Shown here piece after piece: positions 57,935 through 64,000 of a stretch of 64,000 nt of DNA (position 1 is the stretch's first letter; the number at the start of each line of letters is the position of its first letter). The notes beneath the pieces were generated by a model that was not told where the DNA came from, searched no databases, and was given only the letters and a program-made list of their open reading frames with translations. This stretch comes from Vampirovibrionaceae bacterium NZW_1234 (GTDB lineage: Bacteria > Cyanobacteriota > Vampirovibrionia > Vampirovibrionales > JAGQHJ01): assembly GCA_041697335.1 (NCBI GenBank), contig JBGUGD010000035.1, forward strand, positions 159,151 through 223,150, read 5' to 3'. A program made the position numbers and the translations under genes.

Positions 57935-60315
57935 CCTGTCTCCGGCTCATCGGATTCGGATGACGCTGTAGCTTGAGAAGAAGGCTCCTGATGCTGTAAC
58001 TCGGCTAAAGCATCCAAATCCAACACAGGCTCAAGCTTAACAGCAGTAGCCGAAATACCGCTCTCTCCCGACACTTGAGACAAAGCGGTTTCAGGCAGGG
58101 TTATGGCAGGCATTTGAGGCTTTGGCACCTCTTGAGTCGACTTACGCCCTAATTCCTGCAGAATGTTTTGCTGGTATTCAATCCGATTATGCTGAATTCC
58201 TCGTAAAATGCGAACAAAGGTATCTCGTATCTGTTGAATATCCTGAAATGTTATTGGGCATTCGCTAAACTGCCCATCATCAACCCGTTGCTTGATAATT
58301 TTATCTACACGCTCTTCTACTTGAGCCACTGTGGGGTTCTTTAAGGCCCTAACCGCAGATTCACAGGCATCAGCAATCATCACAATGGCGGTCTCTTTGG
58401 ATTGGGGTTTAGGCCCAGGGTAACGGAACTGGGCTTTGTTTACATTCTCCTCACCTTCCTGAAGAACAGCCTTGTTATAGAAATACCCCGCCACCAAGGT
58501 GCCATGATGCTCGGGCATAAAACGCATAATAACTTTAGGTAGGCCCAGTTGTTTGGCCATTTCAATCCCATCTCGAGGGTGAGCCGTGATGACCATTTTA
58601 CTCAAGCGAGGAGTGAGCTTATCGTGCGGATTTTCAACTCCAAAATAGGCTTGGTTCTCAACAAAAAACAGGGGCCGCTTTAGCTTGCCAATATCATGAT
58701 AGATAGCACCCACCCGAGTCAGAATAGGATTCGCCCCAATTGTCTCAGCCGCAGCCTCTGCCAATGTGGCCACCATCAAACTGTGGTGGAACGTTCCAGG
58801 AGCTTCCATTTGCATACGTCGTAGAATGGGCCTATCGTGGTTTGCCAGTTCCAAAAGCGTGTAAGACGTCACTAACTTAAAAAAGCTCTCAACATAAGGC
58901 AGAATTCCCAGTGTAAAAATGCCGCCGATAATACCTGAAAAAATGCCCCCAACGACCTGATAGAGCAAACTCACTTGTTCCATATTGATAATAGGCTCAT
59001 ACAAAAAGCTAATGGCCAACAATGCTATTCCTTGAGCCATCCCAACACCTAAGCCCGCTATCAGCAAATCGTTGCGATCCTTTGGAACCGGCTTTCGAGC
59101 CAAGACAAAAATCCCCATCATACTCCCGACAATGAGAACTGATAAGGAATCCAGTGGAATTTTTAATACCAAACCACATAAAAGAAGCAAAATCATAATG
59201 TTAAGAATGGCTATCCGAGGGTGAGTAAAGATGCTGATTGTCAAGGCAAAGATAGCAACAGGATAAAAGGACATATAACTGGGTGCCCAATCTAGCAGAA
59301 GTGTTAGCCCGCCCACACATAAAACCATTGTCGTTGCCAGCAGTCCACAATAAGCCGGTTTAAAGAAATTGCTGTGCTCAAAGCGATAAAGATAGCCCCA
59401 CACAATTGACAACAAGCTAACAGACAGAATGCTAATGCCAATAAGGGATAACCAACGACCACGACTGGATACAATACCCTGGCGTTTTAGGGCCTCTCGC
59501 TGAAGGTGGGTAATGCGCTCGCCTTTTTTGACCACCAAATCACCCTTATTAAAGGTCTCAACAACAGGTTTAACATGAGAGGAGGCAATGTCTCGAGCAG
59601 CCTCTGTGGAAACATCATCAATAACCAGCGTCGGACGTAAGCGAGTAGCAACCAGCAAGGCCACTGCATCTTTTTCCGAGGAGGACAATGCCTTATTGGG
59701 GGTTACTTCTTTCAGAATCAGCAGGTCTTTGCGTAGACGAAAGTCCTCTGAAGTGACGCCACGGGTCACCAATGCCTCGGCCACATCAATAGAGACTTCG
59801 TAGATATGAGGCCAGTGAGGACTTTGCAGAACCACTTGCAGTGTTTTAGGAGAGACTCGATCTGAGGAATTAAGCAAATCCTTCAAAGCCTCCAGCTTTG
59901 CCTCTAAAGCCAAATCCTGTCGATTCCGAAGAGCTGAAACGTCCTCAAGGAGTTCAACCATGCGCTCCATCACTTGACGCTCGGCACCCACCGGCTTTTT
60001 GTAAATCGGGGCAATTAACTGACGCGCTTCATAGCGCAATTGCCGAGTAGCATCCTTATCCTCCACTTTCAGCATCTTTGTAGCATAGATGTCGTGGTTG
60101 CTAATATCTGCCTGGCTCAAGACATCTATGGACCAATAGCGCCCCCCTAAAATCAGTGTGATAATGATTACCGACAGGGCCGCTATCACAAACGAAATAC
60201 CCAACTCAGTTGAGAAGTATGTTTTTAGACGCTTTTTAAGCTTATAAGGCAATTGTCCAGTAAGGCCTTTGCCATAGGACGGGGTGGGATGCAACGAATC
60301 AGTTGGGGTTTTCAT
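57925..60315 (-). CDS. 7TM-HD phosphodiesterase (PgpH-type, c-di-AMP)
   Basis: Extracellular 7TM-HD region, TM block, EAPGTFHHS, YHDIGK, ENQ, EHHGT, RYPGPKPQSKETAIVMIADACE. Confidence 0.9.
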   Translation of the reverse strand: MKTPTDSLHPTPSYGKGLTGQLPYKLKKRLKTYFSTELGISFVIAALSVIIITLILGGRYWSIDVLSQADISNHDIYATKMLKVEDKDATRQLRYEARQLIAPIYKKPVGAERQVMERMVELLEDVSALRNRQDLALEAKLEALKDLLNSSDRVSPKTLQVVLQSPHWPHIYEVSIDVAEALVTRGVTSEDFRLRKDLLILKEVTPNKALSSSEKDAVALLVATRLRPTLVIDDVSTEAARDIASSHVKPVVETFNKGDLVVKKGERITHLQREALKRQGIVSSRGRWLSLIGISILSVSLLSIVWGYLYRFEHSNFFKPAYCGLLATTMVLCVGGLTLLLDWAPSYMSFYPVAIFALTISIFTHPRIAILNIMILLLLCGLVLKIPLDSLSVLIVGSMMGIFVLARKPVPKDRNDLLIAGLGVGMAQGIALLAISFLYEPIINMEQVSLLYQVVGGIFSGIIGGIFTLGILPYVESFFKLVTSYTLLELANHDRPILRRMQMEAPGTFHHSLMVATLAEAAAETIGANPILTRVGAIYHDIGKLKRPLFFVENQAYFGVENPHDKLTPRLSKMVITAHPRDGIEMAKQLGLPKVIMRFMPEHHGTLVAGYFYNKAVLQEGEENVNKAQFRYPGPKPQSKETAIVMIADACESAVRALKNPTVAQVEERVDKIIKQRVDDGQFSECPITFQDIQQIRDTFVRILRGIQHNRIEYQQNILQELGRKSTQEVPKPQMPAITLPETALSQVSGESGISATAVKLEPVLDLDALAELQHQEPSSQATASSESDEPETGCC

Positions 60316-60422
60316 AATCCATCACGCCAATTAATTCTAGTATTATACCCAAAAGCTGACCCAATTGCCCTCCTACATCTCACGGAGACAACTGGCTGCT
60401 TAGACCTTTTTCAGGTTTTGAC

Positions 60423-60908
60423 TTAAGGGTAAAGCCAACGCTGGTAAATTTCTTGGATTGAGCGAGAGCGGATGGTTTTGGCGCTGGCTACAGCTAACCG
60501 TATATTCACAATCCGACCTTGACGGTTCACCATAAAGTGAATGATATCCCCAGGCCGATCGGAAATAGCACGATCCACTTGAAATGCAGACAAACCACGT
60601 AAAGCTTGACGATTGACTGCTAAGATCTGATCACCCGGATAAATTTGCGCTCGCGATGCCGGCGTTCCGGGATACACTTCCATAACCACCGGATCCTTGT
60701 TTGGTGTAATTTCCAGATTGAACCCCACAATACCCGGGGAATTGTCGTTCATATCCTCTAAGACAGGCTCTGGCATCGTTCTCGTTTCAGAGACCTGTCC
60801 TCGTAATGTCGTGATGGCCTGTACAGGGTGCAGGCCGAACAAAACCATGAGCCAAGCCATACTCAGGCTCACCCAGACTACGCGATTAAGGATATCATAT
60901 CGTTTCAT
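60423..60908 (-). CDS. Secreted PDZ-domain protein
   Basis: Signal peptide ending VQA; GIVGF, EVYPGTPASRAQIYPGDQILAVN. Confidence 0.85.
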   Translation of the reverse strand: MKRYDILNRVVWVSLSMAWLMVLFGLHPVQAITTLRGQVSETRTMPEPVLEDMNDNSPGIVGFNLEITPNKDPVVMEVYPGTPASRAQIYPGDQILAVNRQALRGLSAFQVDRAISDRPGDIIHFMVNRQGRIVNIRLAVASAKTIRSRSIQEIYQRWLYP

Positions 60909-61046
60909 GCTGTACCTGCTTACATCCTAAACCCCTGAAGGTAGTGTAAAGCGTATTTCGCCTAATGCAACTATCGGCCAAATTAGCAATTCTTGAAGCC
61001 ATTTCTTATAATGGAAAACAGATCCCCCCTATATGGATGATTCTCG

Positions 61047-61358
61047 ATGACCCTCAATCCCACTTTTACTACCGATGACATGCGAGTTTGCCATGTACGC
61101 ATAATGGGTCGAGTGCAAGGCGTCTACTACCGCTCCAGCCTTCAACAACAAGCCCAGGCAATGGGTATTTTAGGATGGTGCAGGAATATGCCGGATGGCT
61201 CAGTAGAAGCCCTATTATCAGGCTCTAAAGAAGCTGTTGACGCCTTAATTCAATGGTGTCACTTAGGACCTCCCAATGCCCAAGTTGAGCGCGTTGAAGT
61301 CACGCCTCAGAATCAGGTCTCCGATAGCTTGGCCAATACCTTTGAGATTCGGCGATGA
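61047..61358 (+). CDS. acyP: Acylphosphatase
   Basis: [29 protein letters not shown]. Confidence 0.95.
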   Translation: MTLNPTFTTDDMRVCHVRIMGRVQGVYYRSSLQQQAQAMGILGWCRNMPDGSVEALLSGSKEAVDALIQWCHLGPPNAQVERVEVTPQNQVSDSLANTFEIRR

Positions 61359-61972
61359 GTTTGGTTCTAACCCCTCAGCTTAAACGTCGCCTTGGGATTT
61401 CAATGGTCTTTGCTATAACGCTAGCTTGTGTCCCCTTTTGCCATGCCCAACAACTCGGGACTGAAACCGCATCCGTGGAAGAGACCACCTTCAAATTAAA
61501 TGCTACCAAGACCCTGAATCTCCCGCCTGCGATGTATGGCCTCTGGAGTATCATGGCACGCGTGGTCAAGAGTACTGCCCCTATTGGAATTTATTCCCCA
61601 GACGCCTCCGAAATTTGGGATTTATATAAAGAAAACGATCAAATTTACTTAAAAAATGTGGTTACTAACGCAATTGCCAATATCCATGTCGATCAGGTCC
61701 AAGGCGATACAGCCACATTTCACCACAGCGCCAGCACGGATGATGAACGTATGACGGTAATTGAAACACCAACCATTACAGTACTTGGAAACAAACTGAA
61801 TGGGATTAATCGGCAAGAGATTCGACTATTTCGCCGCGGCAAGCTGATGGCCGTGTATCATCTAGAAGTGCAGCTCCAAGGAAGTCGTTTGGCCGGCTCT
61901 AAAGTCCTTTTCAAGGACCCTGACTTCATTACACCGGACTTTGAGGTGGAACCACTGCGTTTTGAAAACTAA
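61355..61972 (+). CDS. Secreted hypothetical protein
   Basis: KRR followed by a hydrophobic segment ending CHA; ATGA overlap with acyP. Confidence 0.75.
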   Translation: MSLVLTPQLKRRLGISMVFAITLACVPFCHAQQLGTETASVEETTFKLNATKTLNLPPAMYGLWSIMARVVKSTAPIGIYSPDASEIWDLYKENDQIYLKNVVTNAIANIHVDQVQGDTATFHHSASTDDERMTVIETPTITVLGNKLNGINRQEIRLFRRGKLMAVYHLEVQLQGSRLAGSKVLFKDPDFITPDFEVEPLRFEN

Positions 61973-61999
61973 TAGGCCATTGTAACAAAGCAAAATATT

Positions 62000-62029
62000 A
62001 AAAAAGCCCTCGCTCTTGGTTGCGAGGGC
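62000..62029 (-). terminator. Intrinsic terminator
   Basis: Minus strand GCCCTCGC-AACCAAGA-GCGAGGGC-TTTTTT. Confidence 0.8.
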
Positions 62030-62051
62030 CAAAAAGTCTTTCTCAGGCAGC

Positions 62052-62300
62052 TTAGCCCAGGGCTGGCAAATGCAAATTCTGCTTGTCTAACAGCCAGGCA
62101 AAATAACTTTTGGCATCGGTGGTACCTTCAATAACCAAAGCCAAGGCGGATAAAATATCCGAGTCCACGTCTTGGACGAACTGCAAATCCTGAATGATAA
62201 TATTGGCTTCTCGAGCCGCTAAAACAACCTTCTCCAAATCCGGATATACATTCACGTTCACGCGTTCTACTTCCCTCATGATCTTCAAACTCCTCTGCAT
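62052..62300 (-). CDS. Small hypothetical protein (ACT-like size and pattern)
   Basis: 82 aa, alternating beta/alpha pattern, followed by a terminator. Confidence 0.6.
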   Translation of the reverse strand: MQRSLKIMREVERVNVNVYPDLEKVVLAAREANIIIQDLQFVQDVDSDILSALALVIEGTTDAKSYFAWLLDKQNLHLPALG

Positions 62301-62430
62301 TACCCATCATTATACTCTTATTTTTCAGAATCAGGGGACGGACTTACTTAGACCATCGCGTGTCTTTCAATATATTTCAACTATATCGATTTGCCAGATT
62401 TAAATTTTAATATTTTGAATGCTTAAAAGC

Positions 62431-62691
62431 TTACCAATTCTGGACCGAGCTTTCGCCGTCCTCATCAATTGGGGTAGTTTCACCGTCATCTTTTGAGGTC
62501 GATTCAATGACTCGTAAATGCCGGGCAAACTGCTTATAGAACCCGCAATTCTGCACCGTTACTTCACCGTTGAGTTCCACCACATTCAGTGCCAGTGCTT
62601 CCAGTAAGGGGCACATCACGCCCTTCAGGAAGTGCTCGCACGTATAGCACTGATCTGTCTTTTCAATGTGTATGGAGTCATCAGCGTACAT
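62431..62691 (-). CDS. Small Cys-motif protein
   Basis: CYTCEH..CPL..NCG; acidic tail. Confidence 0.7.
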   Translation of the reverse strand: MYADDSIHIEKTDQCYTCEHFLKGVMCPLLEALALNVVELNGEVTVQNCGFYKQFARHLRVIESTSKDDGETTPIDEDGESSVQNW

Positions 62692-62970
62692 AGGAGGCGT
62701 GTTTCCTAAGCAGGGATTACTTAACTATACAAAGTATACTAACTACACTTTAAGTATACCTCTTCTCACATAGAACTTAAAGAGGTCATCTAGCCAATTT
62801 GTCCATGTTTGTCAAGTACCTTCAAAAACGAAGTTTTACAAATCGTTACATTTTCAAGAAAACGATCGCCTCCTGCTCTTTACCTCAAAGCCAACGAAAA
62901 GTCCTTCGACTTTTCGTGTTGGGGTGAGGTATGCTAATAAAAATTGACTCAATCGGCTTTTTGAACAATT

Positions 62971-63594
62971 ATGTCAAAACATGCCCGCCCTCATTTTGTT
63001 TCTTGGATTCTCAAACTCACGCTTTTACTCATCATACTGATTGGGGGCGGCTTCATCAGTTTAATGTTTTGGCCGCAAGACACTTCTGTTTCGAAAAATC
63101 ACAAGCCAGTAGCAACTCTCGGCGTTTCTAACACCAGCCTCTATCACCCCATGCGCTCCGTCGACTTTATGGGTCAGCATTTTGTAATGCTCAAACATGA
63201 ACCCACCAGCCAACGAGTTATTGCCCTTTTGGGCACTGCCGGTAAAGGCTCCACCTATAATCAACTCTATGACAATCCTTTGAGTCCTTTTCAGCTTGAG
63301 TTGATGATGAAACTCTTTAAGCCACATTCTCATTTTGAGAACCGCACCTTAAAGGTAACAGCCGTCACACCAAATAAAACCGGAGTTTTAGCTTCGGATG
63401 CCGATTATTCCATTGCCTACAGGACCTATGATATTGCCCTGACCATTGATGGACAACCGCAGCACTTCGAAGCCTACGTTGGTAAGATCCAGCATCATAC
63501 CCAAACTGAAGGTCTGGTGTTTACCTTTAACCTTAAGGATAATGTATCCCTGGCTGTTTACCGAGATCTTCTTTCGAATCTTCAGACTCGATAA
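62971..63594 (+). CDS. Membrane-anchored hypothetical protein
   Basis: N-terminal TM WILKLTLLLIILIGGGFISLMFW. Confidence 0.75.
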   Translation: MSKHARPHFVSWILKLTLLLIILIGGGFISLMFWPQDTSVSKNHKPVATLGVSNTSLYHPMRSVDFMGQHFVMLKHEPTSQRVIALLGTAGKGSTYNQLYDNPLSPFQLELMMKLFKPHSHFENRTLKVTAVTPNKTGVLASDADYSIAYRTYDIALTIDGQPQHFEAYVGKIQHHTQTEGLVFTFNLKDNVSLAVYRDLLSNLQTR

Positions 63595-63725
63595 CACCTT
63601 TCATTTTTAGTTCAAAATTTGAAATAAGCTTGAAAATATAATTTGTTTCTGATAAAGTAAATTTCACTTTTCAGGTTGATTTAGGTTGATGAAAGACACA
63701 GTGAGGATTTAAAAGGGTGATGGGA

Positions 63726-64000
63726 ATGAACCGTTTGTCCCCAATGCTAGGTTATTCAGGCGTCTTGTTTGGCAAGAACCCCTCGCCCACAAAACGTCGA
63801 GAAGCTGAATTTGCTGACGTTCCCGATTGGGTCAGGGAGGAGCAGCAGGAACGATCCCGCTCAACTGAAAGAGAACTGGCCTATGCAGAACGAGCACCAG
63901 TTCGTCAAAAAGCCGTCCAACAGATACGAGCCACTCATGCCCGACTTGATGTGGTTCGCCCCTCCGCTTTCTCAGAGCAAAAAATTGGACGCTTTGCCAA
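63726..64000 (+). CDS. Hypothetical protein with an N-terminal VLFG motif, truncated by the window end
   Basis: MNRLSPMLGYSGVLFGKNPSPTKRRE... stays open to 64000; alternative in-frame ATG at 63720. Confidence 0.7.
   Translation, partial: MNRLSPMLGYSGVLFGKNPSPTKRREAEFADVPDWVREEQQERSRSTERELAYAERAPVRQKAVQQIRATHARLDVVRPSAFSEQKIGRFA

Overview
A gene-dense chromosomal window with about 60 CDS. It probably comes from a non-photosynthetic, flagellated, diderm relative of Cyanobacteria (Vampirovibrionia/Melainabacteria). This is an inference from two flagellins, lpxD-lpxC, cyanobacteria-like coaD-cdv3 and UPF0367-like genes, and no photosynthesis genes in the window. Housekeeping content includes the rpmG-tRNA-Trp-secE-nusG-rplK-rplA cluster, rsmA-ispE, argS, uvrA, glgA, recJ-apt, a tRNA nucleotidyltransferase-bioD-murJ run, pgpH-ybeY-dgkA, tRNA-Met and a 6S-like RNA. 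No CRISPR array, rRNA, transposase or prophage is visible. The main leads are: (1) a ~480-nt densely base-paired, unannotated RNA-like element between the two flagellins; (2) a shared N-terminal '[LVFM]-x-F-(x)-G' leader on seven mostly unrelated accessory proteins (two HNH nucleases, an aminopeptidase, orphans), a candidate unrecognised targeting or export signal; (3) an unannotated 37-aa Tyr/Phe-rich leader peptide with complete terminator/antiterminator geometry upstream of aroF-tyrA; (4) neighbouring Ugd-like and DeoC-like proteins that have both lost their catalytic nucleophile; (5) a 1054-aa curlin/RTX-like repeat protein ending in a WW-like motif. All family assignments come from motifs recognised by eye; no database searches were run.
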